A DNA stretch of 27,041 nucleotides from Ferroacidibacillus organovorans (GTDB taxonomy: Bacteria > Bacillota > Bacilli > Alicyclobacillales > SLC66), in assembly GCF_001642725.1 (NCBI RefSeq), contig NZ_LSUQ01000009.1, positions 62,001 through 89,041 on the forward strand. Direction: 5' to 3'. The notes under the pieces were generated by a model. That model saw only the letters and a program-made list of their open reading frames with translations. It was not told the origin of the DNA and searched no databases. The stretch's first letter is position 1, and each line of letters opens with the position of its first letter. Shown piece after piece: positions 7,069 through 16,342 of the stretch. Made by a program: the position numbers and the translations under genes.

Positions 7069-7938
7069 TTATTCTTTTATGACGAGGGATACTCCGAGAA
7101 GAATCAAAAAGGCTCCGAGCCAAAATGTGAAACCGACACGCTCACCGAGAATCAGCCAGCCAAGCCATGTCCCAATCAACGGTTGAAAAAAGAAATACAA
7201 ACCTCCCGTGCCGGCATCAAGCCACTGCAGTCCTTTGTTCCACAAGAAAAAAGCGCCAGCTGTAGATACCACGCCAAGATACAGCACGCCGCCCCAAATC
7301 ACAGGGTGAAAAAAAACACCTGGCGATAGGTGAATCCACTGTTCATAAACAAACGGGGTGATGACAAGGGTTGCCGTCAGAACGGAATACATGGTGATGG
7401 TTACTTGCGAATAGGAACGCGGGACACGCTTTACAAAAATGGACATAAGCGCCCATGTAAGTGCCGCAATGACCAGAATGAAGCCGCCAAGTTGATAGGA
7501 ATGATTAAATCCCCCAATTCCAACGACCATCAAAACACCGATTGTGGCGAGCCCCGCAGAGACGGCCCTTCGCAACGTGATCCTTTCACCCAAAAAAATC
7601 CGGCCAAAAACAACCATAAAAGCGGGTGTCGCTGACGTAATCATCGCGCCCATCTGTGCGGTAGATAGCTTTGTTCCATAAAACTGCGCCCCTATGGAGA
7701 TTACGTACCCGACAATGCCTATCGCCAGAATCGACGGTAGATCCTTCCGATGAACCCGCCAAGATTGCCGCGTGAAGATCATGATCAGCGCCAGCACGAT
7801 GAGCGCGACCACATAGCGAAGCCACACAAGCAAAAGCGGTTGCACCACAGTCAAGACCAGCTTGCTTACCACGTACATGCCGCCCCAAATACTCGCTGCG
7901 AGCGCCATGTAAAATCCGCCCAAAAACTTTTTACTCAT
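7069..7938 (-). CDS. DMT/EamA family transporter (289 aa)
   Basis: Two EamA repeats (IWGGMYVVSK; LTWALMSIFVKR; FLGER / ILGER). ATG at 7938 follows GGAGGGG. Confidence 0.92.
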   Translation of the reverse strand: MSKKFLGGFYMALAASIWGGMYVVSKLVLTVVQPLLLVWLRYVVALIVLALIMIFTRQSWRVHRKDLPSILAIGIVGYVISIGAQFYGTKLSTAQMGAMITSATPAFMVVFGRIFLGERITLRRAVSAGLATIGVLMVVGIGGFNHSYQLGGFILVIAALTWALMSIFVKRVPRSYSQVTITMYSVLTATLVITPFVYEQWIHLSPGVFFHPVIWGGVLYLGVVSTAGAFFLWNKGLQWLDAGTGGLYFFFQPLIGTWLGWLILGERVGFTFWLGAFLILLGVSLVIKE

Positions 7939-7944
7939 GTTGTA

Positions 7945-8082
7945 CCCCTCCGTCAATCGCTGGACATTGCCTGTCCTCTGACGAAAGAGATCATGATGGG
8001 ATCTTCTTCGCTCAGAGGCGAAGAGTTGTCGGTACATCATTTTCAAAACGTCGTTTGAAGTCCATCTCCTTCACGACCTTTC
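7945..8082 (-). promoter_or_regulatory. Candidate translational attenuator with a 17-aa uORF (8012-8065)
   Basis: Mutually exclusive helices 1:2, 2:3 and 3:4, the last sequestering the SD. uORF MDFKRRFENDVPTTLRL* stops in the 1:2 loop. Confidence 0.45.
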
Positions 8083-8100
8083 CGTCTGAACTTCTATTGA

Positions 8101-10818
8101 TCACTGAACAGGCACATTGTAATTGTTTCCGCTGTTGTTGTCCCAATTGTTGTTTTGGTCGTGAAACACAACGTTGAACTCATTTGCATTTGCCGGAATT
8201 GTTACCGTCGCCGCAAAACTGCCGTTTGACTGTTTAGTCATCGCTGTATCTGTCACGCCTGTAAACCCGTTGTATCCCCAATGCATATCGATTGATGAGG
8301 CATTGGGAGCAAGTGTGCCATCATAGTAGATGGTTGCTGGTTGACCCGCAACAAGCGGATATGGATTGGTATCCACAGTGCCTGGCATTTGAATTTCCAT
8401 ATTGTAATTCTGTCCACCGTTGTTATCCCATGTCCCATTCTGATTGTAAAAGGCGGCATTCAACTGTGAGCCAACTGGAATTGAAACCGTCGCCTTCCAC
8501 GAACCATTGTCCTGTTTCACCATCGGCGTATCGATGGTAGAATTCCAGCCGTTGAACCCCCAATGCATCGTCATTGTACTCGCCGTCGAAGCAAGAGACC
8601 CATCATAATAAATGGATGCCGTTTGACCGGCTGTGAGTGGACTGGTATTAGAACTTACTGCAGGCAAAGCTGCACCAGATACGAGTGGTCCTCCCGCCTG
8701 CTCTAACATTGTTGCATAGTGTCCAGGGAGAGTCACTGTAATGTTGCCGCTGCTGTCAACCGTATAACTTGAGGCTTCTGTCACACCGTTAACCAGTGGG
8801 GTCACGTTTGTAAGGGTGCTGCCGATCAAGCTGCCCGCGTCAGCTGCCGGAATCGTCTCTGTCTGTGTTGTGTTGCTATTGTTTAAGATGATAATCATTC
8901 GCTGGTTTGCGTCAAAGCGAGAAAATGCATAGACATTTGTGTTATTGTCCGCCACCAAGGTCATGAACGAGCCATCTCGAAGTGCACTGTATTGATGACG
9001 CAACGCGATGAGTTGCTGATAGAGTTGAAAAACGCTGTTGCCGCCATTGGCAACCTGACTCCAGTCAAACGTCCAGCGTTTTCCTGCGTCATTTGTCCCT
9101 CCACCCATCATGCCATACTCGTCACCGTAGTAGATCGTTGGAAGTCCCACGTATGAAAATTCAAGAAAAGCGCCCAAATCGTCTTTCCATACATTCGGAG
9201 TTCCTCCATAAGGCTCCGTAAATGTCGAACCATTAGGCGCAGTATACGTTTTATAGGAGATGGACTCTGCAGCCCGTTCTCCGAATCGTGGTGTGTCTTG
9301 TGTACTCAACTGATTCACCTGTGTCAATTGTGCAGCACGCGGTGCTTGAACAAGCGTATTGTGTAGCCATTGATCCAATTGGGTAGGATCAATGCTATTC
9401 GCATTAAATCCGTCATCATATCCAGTGATCCACTCGGAAGCTGGCTGCAAAAATCCGTTATAATTGACGGAGCTGTCCCATTGATTCCCGTTTAACCATT
9501 CATAAGGCTGTGATCCCTCAAACCATTCCCCGAAAATAAATGAATTTGGGTTGGCTGCCTTGACAGACGAGCGAAATCCCTGCCAGACCGCATGATTGGT
9601 CGGATCATTGTAATTTCCATTCGCCTCTGGATCATAGCCGTTTGCTCCGACATGGCCTGGCGCGTCAAGCCTCCAGCCATCGATGAGATAAGGCGGATTT
9701 AAATAAGTCTGTGCCACGCTGTTGCTATTACCGTAAATCTCACCCTGCAGGGAAGTCGATCCGTAGTTCAATTTAGGCAAATTCGCTACACCTTCAAAGG
9801 TAGCGTAGGAATTTGGCCAGGAGGAGAAGGTGTACCAATTGTAATACGGGCTGGTCTGACTCGATTGCGCCCCTTGGAACCAGGCATTGCTAGCTCCGGT
9901 GTGATTAAAAACACCATCAAGAACAATGCGACCCTTTTGTCCCGCTGGATCCGTTGAATTGTGAACATCCGAAGAGAGCTGTTGAAGCGCCGAATTTCCA
10001 CCAAAGTGCGGATCCACTTGAAAATAGTTCTGTGTGTCATACTTGTGATTTGTGTTTGCAGTAAAAATTGGATTGAGATAAAGAATATTGGCTCCCAGTG
10101 AATTCGTGATATATGAGAGCTTTTGGTCAACCCCTTCCAGATCCCCGCCTGCAAACGCGACTTGATCTGTTCCACCTTGATTGCCAAGTTCCGGGTCCTG
10201 TCCCCAATTCAATTGAACCGTCGGATTCCCTTGCCAGGTATAGGCGCCATTTGTCACGTCGTTTGCCGTGTTTCCGTTATAAAAACGGTCAACAAAAACC
10301 TGATACTGTACACCTCGTTGAGCCCACGTTGGCGTCGTAAATCCTGGTGCAATCCAAAAATCGCCACCTGTGGGACCATTGGCAGGAGCCGATGACGCAG
10401 CGCCAAACCCGTTGTAATAAGCAATGCTGGTTCCGTCATTCGCCTGAAAATAATAAAACCTTGTATCTGCACTCGCGGGTAGCGTGACGGTCCAAAATTC
10501 ATACAATCCATTCGCATCGGTTCCAGAATAGCTCATGGGATACGTCGACGTAGTGCCTGTTACATTGTCATACACCATCGCCTCAGCACTGGTTAAATTA
10601 TTCGCAGTTGCACGCAACGTGAGCTGGATTGGATCAATCGGCGATGGCTCTTGCGGCGAAAAATACAATGGACCCTGGTCTGCAAAAAGTCCATCCCACT
10701 GAACCGTTGAATATGTTGTTGCGTGAGCCCCCATGACAGGGTAAAGCATACCTAATGTCAGAACAATCCCAGCAGCGCGATTTATCTTCTGCCTGCTATT
10801 AATAATCCTGCGTTTCAT
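8101..10818 (-). CDS. Secreted GH13 alpha-amylase family enzyme (TVA I-like N domain and catalytic core) with two C-terminal CBM25-like starch-binding domains
   Basis: Signal peptide ending AHA; WDGLFADQGPL N-domain; GGDLEG, NHKYD, DGVFNH, GWRLDA, GEW, LSTQD; two HWGxNG...WDNNxGxNY repeats. Confidence 0.9.
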   Translation of the reverse strand: MKRRIINSRQKINRAAGIVLTLGMLYPVMGAHATTYSTVQWDGLFADQGPLYFSPQEPSPIDPIQLTLRATANNLTSAEAMVYDNVTGTTSTYPMSYSGTDANGLYEFWTVTLPASADTRFYYFQANDGTSIAYYNGFGAASSAPANGPTGGDFWIAPGFTTPTWAQRGVQYQVFVDRFYNGNTANDVTNGAYTWQGNPTVQLNWGQDPELGNQGGTDQVAFAGGDLEGVDQKLSYITNSLGANILYLNPIFTANTNHKYDTQNYFQVDPHFGGNSALQQLSSDVHNSTDPAGQKGRIVLDGVFNHTGASNAWFQGAQSSQTSPYYNWYTFSSWPNSYATFEGVANLPKLNYGSTSLQGEIYGNSNSVAQTYLNPPYLIDGWRLDAPGHVGANGYDPEANGNYNDPTNHAVWQGFRSSVKAANPNSFIFGEWFEGSQPYEWLNGNQWDSSVNYNGFLQPASEWITGYDDGFNANSIDPTQLDQWLHNTLVQAPRAAQLTQVNQLSTQDTPRFGERAAESISYKTYTAPNGSTFTEPYGGTPNVWKDDLGAFLEFSYVGLPTIYYGDEYGMMGGGTNDAGKRWTFDWSQVANGGNSVFQLYQQLIALRHQYSALRDGSFMTLVADNNTNVYAFSRFDANQRMIIILNNSNTTQTETIPAADAGSLIGSTLTNVTPLVNGVTEASSYTVDSSGNITVTLPGHYATMLEQAGGPLVSGAALPAVSSNTSPLTAGQTASIYYDGSLASTASTMTMHWGFNGWNSTIDTPMVKQDNGSWKATVSIPVGSQLNAAFYNQNGTWDNNGGQNYNMEIQMPGTVDTNPYPLVAGQPATIYYDGTLAPNASSIDMHWGYNGFTGVTDTAMTKQSNGSFAATVTIPANANEFNVVFHDQNNNWDNNSGNNYNVPVQ

Positions 10819-10871
10819 CAGACGACCCCCTATTTGGAATCAAATCATCAAAAATCGTTATTTAAAACACG

Positions 10872-10889
10872 TGCGCAAACGATTGCGCA
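10872..10889. promoter_or_regulatory. LacI-family operator-like palindrome
   Basis: TGCGCAAACGATTGCGCA: 18 bp with one mismatch and central CG, upstream of the amylase. Confidence 0.65.
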
Positions 10890-10950
10890 ATCACACCAAA
10901 TCATCCGTGCCTGGAATCAAGCATCTAAAGAGAAATAGAGTTCAATCACT

Positions 10951-10964
10951 TGAAATCGTTTTCA
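10951..10964. promoter_or_regulatory. cre (CcpA) site
   Basis: TGAAATCGTTTTCA fits TGWNANCGNTNWCA exactly. Confidence 0.6.
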
Positions 10965-11098
10965 CACATGCATTCACGCACCCTTCCAGAAAGCATATAA
11001 AATGCTCTCGACAAGATATTCCAACCATGCGTATGCAACGATTCTATTAGGATATGAGTTGTTCTGCAACAAAAATTTACGATCAATCGAAAAATAGG

Positions 11099-12301
11099 TC
11101 AATTCACTCTCTCCCTACCACGCCACCAATAGGTCACACCAAGAATTGCGATCACACCAATTACACTGCCAAGTTGTGCCGCGTGGAATAGACCGATGGA
11201 TTGCGCCAACCAACCGAAAAGTGGAAAACCAAAAATCATGAACACGGAGAAAGCTGTTGAATTAAAGGACAATAACGTTGCGCGCTGCTCTGATGGAATG
11301 ATTTGATTAAGCCCTTGTTCGATGAGGGGTTCAATCGCATTTCCAGCGATCGACCCCAACAAGTAACCAAACCCAAGGCTCAATCCCGGTAACCATGCAA
11401 ATAACATGAGTCCAATCGCGGCAAGAATGCTAGAGACGGTAACCATTCTCTTGTTCCCCATGCGTTTGACCAACCCTTCTGCCAGAGATGACAGGAGCGC
11501 GCCCAGTCCATTTTCAAATCCCGTCAATATTCCGATTCCGACGAGTGTATACCCTGCGTGAAGTAGGAGCGATTGACCGTAAAATGCAAACGTTGCAATG
11601 CAACCAAAGAGGATGCCACTCAGTGCAATCCAAGCGAGAAAAGGAGGACTTTTTTTCGCGAATTGCAACGCTTGATGTGCAATCGAAAAAACGGAAGCGT
11701 GCTCCCTGACGGATTTTCTCATCTCCCTCGGCTCGCGCACCCAAAGCACCGTGAAAAAAGAGATGACATTGACGATGGTATACAAAACATAGACAGCCGA
11801 CCAAGACCACGCGGCAAGCGCGCCTCCAGTCGCTTCAGCAATTCCCATGCTGATGAGTGAGATGGCGACCAAACGACCTGAAATCGCCAGATAGCGGTTC
11901 TGCACACCCGCCCACCCAGCCGATTCATAGGCGATTGATGTGTCGCTGCCATTCACGAACGTTACCTGCAACCCGCGCAACACAAAGGACGCCGCAGCCA
12001 ACCAAAAGCTGTGCGAAAAAAGAGCAAGACTTGTATACCCGATGCCAAACACTGCACTCACAAGCAATGAAAGCTTCCAACCAAAACGATCCGCAAAAAT
12101 ACCAATTGGCACGTCCGACACAAGGCAGACCACATGCAGTAGTGACTCTAGAAGTCCTACTTCAAAAAGTGAGAGTCCTCGCTGCTGCCAAAAGACGAGC
12201 CAGATGCCACCATCCACCCAAAATCGCGACGTCGCAACAAATGCGTAGAGCGCGATGAGATTTTTCCGCCCTGCTCGCACTTGATTGATAAATTCATCCA
12301 C
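11099..12301 (-). CDS. MFS transporter (400 aa), probable efflux
   Basis: About 12 hydrophobic segments; motif A-like GIFADRFGWK; IPSEQRATLLS. GTG at 12301 follows GGAGG (the ORF-track start extends through the leader). Confidence 0.9.
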   Translation of the reverse strand: MDEFINQVRAGRKNLIALYAFVATSRFWVDGGIWLVFWQQRGLSLFEVGLLESLLHVVCLVSDVPIGIFADRFGWKLSLLVSAVFGIGYTSLALFSHSFWLAAASFVLRGLQVTFVNGSDTSIAYESAGWAGVQNRYLAISGRLVAISLISMGIAEATGGALAAWSWSAVYVLYTIVNVISFFTVLWVREPREMRKSVREHASVFSIAHQALQFAKKSPPFLAWIALSGILFGCIATFAFYGQSLLLHAGYTLVGIGILTGFENGLGALLSSLAEGLVKRMGNKRMVTVSSILAAIGLMLFAWLPGLSLGFGYLLGSIAGNAIEPLIEQGLNQIIPSEQRATLLSFNSTAFSVFMIFGFPLFGWLAQSIGLFHAAQLGSVIGVIAILGVTYWWRGRERVN

Positions 12302-12325
12302 GTTTTCCTGTCCTCCGTTTCGTCC

Positions 12326-12363
12326 AAAAAGAAAAACCATCCAGGATACGTCCCTGAATGGCT
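12326..12363 (-). terminator. Attenuator terminator in the MFS 5' leader
   Basis: AGCCATTCAGG-GACGTAT-CCTGGATGGTT followed by TTTCTTTTT, immediately before the MFS RBS. Confidence 0.75.
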
Positions 12364-12396
12364 GGACTCGACGGTTTTGCAGATCGCCAAGGTGTG

Positions 12397-12519
12397 TTAT
12401 CCGTTGGGATGCGGCATGCCGAATGAGTCGCCAGAAAAGGACAGACGTATCCCGTTTGGCATTTTCATCGGACCAAAAAGGCGCACATAAAATTGCCACG
12501 ACGACGGTTTCATCAGCAT
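12397..12519 (-). CDS. Leader peptide (40 aa) upstream of the MFS gene
   Basis: SD AGGGGGTGA; MLMKPSSWQFYVRLFGPMKMPNGIRLSFSGDSFGMPHPNG*; lies between the promoter and the terminator. Confidence 0.6.
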   Translation of the reverse strand: MLMKPSSWQFYVRLFGPMKMPNGIRLSFSGDSFGMPHPNG

Positions 12520-12548
12520 GCGTTCACCCCCTATACAGAATTATTATT

Positions 12549-12577
12549 AGTTTAACGGTCCATTTTGTACACGTCAA
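12549..12577 (-). promoter_or_regulatory. sigA promoter for the leader-MFS transcript
   Basis: TTGACG-N17-TAAACT. Confidence 0.7.
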
Positions 12578-12631
12578 GGCGCGCAACACCAAATTTGTCT
12601 ATGAATAAATATGAAAATACTTCGTATAGGA

Positions 12632-12660
12632 TTGACCAAATGTAATCTACTTGATATATT
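12632..12660 (+). promoter_or_regulatory. sigA promoter for the peptide ABC operon
   Basis: TTGACC-N17-TATATT with an extended -10 TG. Confidence 0.7.
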
Positions 12661-12746
12661 TTGTCTCACAAAAATATTTAGAACTCTCCCTTTAGTCTGC
12701 CAGGAAGAGTAGCCTTTTCACCGATTTCACGGAGAGGAATGATGGC

Positions 12747-13700
12747 GTGTTTAGTTTCATCATCAGGCGTCTGCTTCAATCCATTCCTGTCTTGCTAGGC
12801 ATTTCCCTTTTGCTGTTCTTTATGATGCACGCAATCCCGGGCGGCCCACTCGCCATGTATGATCATGAACCGGGGATGACAAAAGAGTTGCTCGCGCAGC
12901 TTAAAGCGAATTTCGGGCTCAACAAACCGCTTTGGGTACAGTATTTCAATTGGCTAGGTGGCGCATTACAAGGCAATTTTGGCTATTCCTTCTCCTATGG
13001 CGTGCCCGCACTGCAAATGGTTCTTCAACGCATGCCAGCGACACTTGAATTGATGCTCTCTTCCTTTGTTATCGCGGTCATTCTATCGTTTGTCATCGGC
13101 GTGTTCAGCGCGCTCCGCCAATACTCCATCTGGGATTATCTCTTGACCATCCTTAGCTATATCGGAGTGGCGATGCCCACCTTTTGGCTAGGATTGATGG
13201 TTCTCGTGCTCTTTGCCGTAAAACTTCAATGGTTTCCAGTCGGCGGCATGTCTACCCCCGGTCAGGCATTTTCACTCTCCAATCAAGTCTGGCACGCCAT
13301 TTTACCCGTCAGCATTCTCGCCCTCTACCTCGTCGCGCACGAGAGTCGCTATGTGCGTTCCTCCATGCTTGAAGTCTTAGGCGCAGATTACATTCGCACC
13401 GCACGCTCAAAAGGGCTTTTTCCATCCGTCATCACATGGAAGCACGCGCTCAAAAACGCGCTGCTGCCAGTCGTCACCGTGATGGTCATGGATGGCGCTT
13501 ATCTCTTCGGCGGAGCGCTCGTCACAGAAACGATCTTTTCCTGGCCAGGTATGGGTCGCCTCTTTATCCAAGCGATCACACAGGATGACTACCCAGTCAT
13601 CATGGTCGTCATCTCACTGCTCTCTGTGATCATCGTACTCGCAAATATTCTCGCTGACGTCCTCTATGCGGTACTTGATCCACGCGTGCAGTTTGACTGA
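12747..13700 (+). CDS. oppB: Peptide/nickel ABC transporter permease (OppB/DppB-like)
   Basis: FIIRRLL, PGGP, GLNKPLWVQY, DYIRTARSKGL, ETIFSWPGMG, LDPRV. Confidence 0.92.
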   Translation: MFSFIIRRLLQSIPVLLGISLLLFFMMHAIPGGPLAMYDHEPGMTKELLAQLKANFGLNKPLWVQYFNWLGGALQGNFGYSFSYGVPALQMVLQRMPATLELMLSSFVIAVILSFVIGVFSALRQYSIWDYLLTILSYIGVAMPTFWLGLMVLVLFAVKLQWFPVGGMSTPGQAFSLSNQVWHAILPVSILALYLVAHESRYVRSSMLEVLGADYIRTARSKGLFPSVITWKHALKNALLPVVTVMVMDGAYLFGGALVTETIFSWPGMGRLFIQAITQDDYPVIMVVISLLSVIIVLANILADVLYAVLDPRVQFD

Positions 13701-13729
13701 GGTTTTTTCAATGAGGAGTGTGCTCTGAC

Positions 13730-14632
13730 GTGGCGATTGCAACAGAACCGACCGTGACAAAAACGTTTTCCATAGGGACATCGAATCAGCAGCGCATGAT
13801 CAAGCGCATTTTTCGAAACAAGATAACCATCATCGCGACCTGTTTTCTGATCCTCGTGGCGCTCTCCGCAATCTTTGCACCATGGATAGCGCCGTATACA
13901 CTGAATACTCCCGATTTGAACGCGATGCTGGCGCCGCCAAGCAGCGTCCACCTCATGGGAACCGATGATGTGGGGATCGATCTCTTCACAGAGGTGCTGT
14001 ATGGCGGAAGGATTTCCCTCATGATCGGCCTGTCATCCGCACTCATCGCGGTAATGATCGGGGGCGCCATCGGGTCAATCGCCGGATACTTTGGCGGCAC
14101 CGTCGACGCGGTTCTCATGCGACTCACCGACGTCGGCCTGTCTGTGCCCCTCCTCTTTGTGATCCTTGGGCTCGTGGCGGTGCTCGGACCATCACCGACA
14201 ACCATTGTCGAGGTGATCAGCCTGACATCCTGGATGTACCCAGCTCGCATCATTCGCAGTCGCTTTCTCTACTTGAAGAGCCTCGACTACGTCACTGCCA
14301 CAAAAACCGTGGGCTGTCGAAACGGGCGCATCATCTTTTCACACATTATGCCAAACGCCGTTGCGCCACTGATTGTCAATACCACCCTTTTGGTTGGGCA
14401 GGCCATCGTGCTCGAGTCGGTGATGAGCTTTCTTGGTGCAGGCGTGCAACCGCCGAACATCTCGTGGGGCTACCTTCTCAATCAGGCGCAGAGTTACTTG
14501 ACAAGCGCCCCTTGGCTCGCCATCTTTCCTGGACTGATGATCTTTCTCGTGGTGCTATGCATCAACGTTCTTGGCGACGCAGTCCGCGACGCATTCGATG
14601 CGAGCTACACCCTCGAAGGGGGGCGATCATGA
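13730..14632 (+). CDS. oppC: Peptide/nickel ABC transporter permease (OppC/DppC-like)
   Basis: HLMGTD, GGRISL, HIMPN, SWG, NVLGDAVRDAFD. GTG at 13730 chosen after GAGGAG. Confidence 0.92.
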   Translation: MAIATEPTVTKTFSIGTSNQQRMIKRIFRNKITIIATCFLILVALSAIFAPWIAPYTLNTPDLNAMLAPPSSVHLMGTDDVGIDLFTEVLYGGRISLMIGLSSALIAVMIGGAIGSIAGYFGGTVDAVLMRLTDVGLSVPLLFVILGLVAVLGPSPTTIVEVISLTSWMYPARIIRSRFLYLKSLDYVTATKTVGCRNGRIIFSHIMPNAVAPLIVNTTLLVGQAIVLESVMSFLGAGVQPPNISWGYLLNQAQSYLTSAPWLAIFPGLMIFLVVLCINVLGDAVRDAFDASYTLEGGRS

Positions 14633-14686
14633 GATAGGTTTGCCGCATTTTCAATCATGACCATCATCACATTGGGGGGTTCACAA

Positions 14687-16318
14687 ATGACAAAGAAGCA
14701 CTGGAGTATCACCTTAGCGGCAACGCTCGCATCTTCATCTCTTTTGTATGGAAACTTGTTCACGACAGTCGCTGCGCACGCTGCGACACCTGCCAGCCAA
14801 GGTACGATCATCGACGGGCTCTTTGAAGAGCCAGCCAACCTCAATCCGATTCTTGGCCCAGATCAAACCTTCTCAAACATCGTCGAGACGACCATGTTTA
14901 GCAACCTTTTTACGGTGACACCACAAAATCAACTCCTTCCGAATCTCGCGACCGTCGTGCCGACGACCACAAACGGGGGAATTTCTAAAAACGGTCTCAC
15001 TTACACCTTCCATCTAAAGCCAAACGCCAAATGGTCGAATGGACAACCGGTTACCTCTAAAGACGTATGGATCACATATAAAATCATCACGAATCCACTC
15101 GTCAACGCAGTCTCCACACTCGGATGGACAGACGTCGCGAGCTTTCAAACGGTCAATGCAAAAACGTTTGTCATCCATCTGAAAAAGCCTGATCCTTCTT
15201 TTATCGACAACGTATTCTCCGGGAATCTGCCAGGGATTCTTCCTTACAGTGTCTTTGGTAAAATGTCTCCAAAAAATGTCAATACGGCAACGTTTAACCA
15301 TGCGCCTACCGTATCCGATGGCCCCTTTAAATTTGTATCGTGGGTACCCGGCGCTTCAATCACTGTGACAGCCAACCCCTATTGGTACGGGCCAAAGCCA
15401 AAATCCAAAGAGATCCTTTTCAAAATCATTCCCAGCCAAGATACGCTTTTGACAAATGCGCAAGCACATGCACTCAACGTCTGGTATTTTGATCCGATTG
15501 AGGCTGTGCCGCAAATCCAAGCGATCCCCGGGGCGACCCTTCACTTTGCGAATCAGCCCTCCTTTGAAATGGCTGTCGTCAATGTGAAAAATCCAATCCT
15601 GGCTAACGTCAAAGTGCGACAAGCGCTGGAAATGGCAATCAATCGCCAAGCGATCGTACAGGACATCTGGAAAGGGCACGCGAAACTCCTCGCGGCAGAC
15701 CAGCCTGCGATGGCGTGGTCGTACAACCCAAATCTGAAACCCTATCCGTACAACCCAACCGAGTCGAAAAAGCTTCTTGCCCAAGCCGGTTGGAAAATGG
15801 GAGCGAATGGGTATCTCCAGAAGAACGGAAAAACGTTTACGCTAGTCTACTCAACGACTGCTGGGAATGCCTATCGTGAGGCAACGGAGCGGCTTTTACA
15901 ATTTTGGTTGAAGCAAGTCGGCATCCAACTGGTCATTCGCAATTACCCAGCCAATGAATTTTTCGGTACGGTCCTCCCTTCTGGAAAGGGCTGGGATCTT
16001 GGGGAATTTGAATACGGGGATAGCACAGACCCCACCTTTGGTCCCTACCAACTCTTCACCTCAATGGGTGCTCAGAATTTTGGCCAATACAACAATCCGC
16101 AAGTAGACAAACTGTTTGCACAGCAGTCTGTACTAACATCACTCGCTCAGCGCAAAGCGATCATGAATAAAGTGGAAACGATCTTCCATCAACAATTGCC
16201 AGCACTCTGGTATTACGCGCCGCAGCAGATCGATACGACGATCGGGATGACTGGATACGTTCCCAATCCATGGAGCGTCGATACGTGGAATTGTTATGAT
16301 TGGGCATTGACGAAATAA
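14687..16318 (+). CDS. oppA: Family 5 ABC substrate-binding protein (OppA/AppA-like), no lipobox
   Basis: LTYTFHLKPNAKWSNGQPVTSKDV, GPFKF, VRQALEMAINR. Sec signal ends AAHA; ATG at 14687 follows GGGGGG. Confidence 0.9.
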   Translation: MTKKHWSITLAATLASSSLLYGNLFTTVAAHAATPASQGTIIDGLFEEPANLNPILGPDQTFSNIVETTMFSNLFTVTPQNQLLPNLATVVPTTTNGGISKNGLTYTFHLKPNAKWSNGQPVTSKDVWITYKIITNPLVNAVSTLGWTDVASFQTVNAKTFVIHLKKPDPSFIDNVFSGNLPGILPYSVFGKMSPKNVNTATFNHAPTVSDGPFKFVSWVPGASITVTANPYWYGPKPKSKEILFKIIPSQDTLLTNAQAHALNVWYFDPIEAVPQIQAIPGATLHFANQPSFEMAVVNVKNPILANVKVRQALEMAINRQAIVQDIWKGHAKLLAADQPAMAWSYNPNLKPYPYNPTESKKLLAQAGWKMGANGYLQKNGKTFTLVYSTTAGNAYREATERLLQFWLKQVGIQLVIRNYPANEFFGTVLPSGKGWDLGEFEYGDSTDPTFGPYQLFTSMGAQNFGQYNNPQVDKLFAQQSVLTSLAQRKAIMNKVETIFHQQLPALWYYAPQQIDTTIGMTGYVPNPWSVDTWNCYDWALTK

Positions 16319-16342
16319 AATAAGCAAAATCAATCACTCCAC

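Noticed and set aside
7939..8046. N-terminal extension of EamA in the ORF track
   Set aside because: Hydrophilic, no SD at that start; a strong SD precedes ATG 7938.
12302..12499. N-terminal extension of the MFS, or a T-box/known riboswitch in this leader
   Set aside because: The extension runs through a terminator. No T-box UGGNACC motif or recognisable aptamer; the uORF model fits better.
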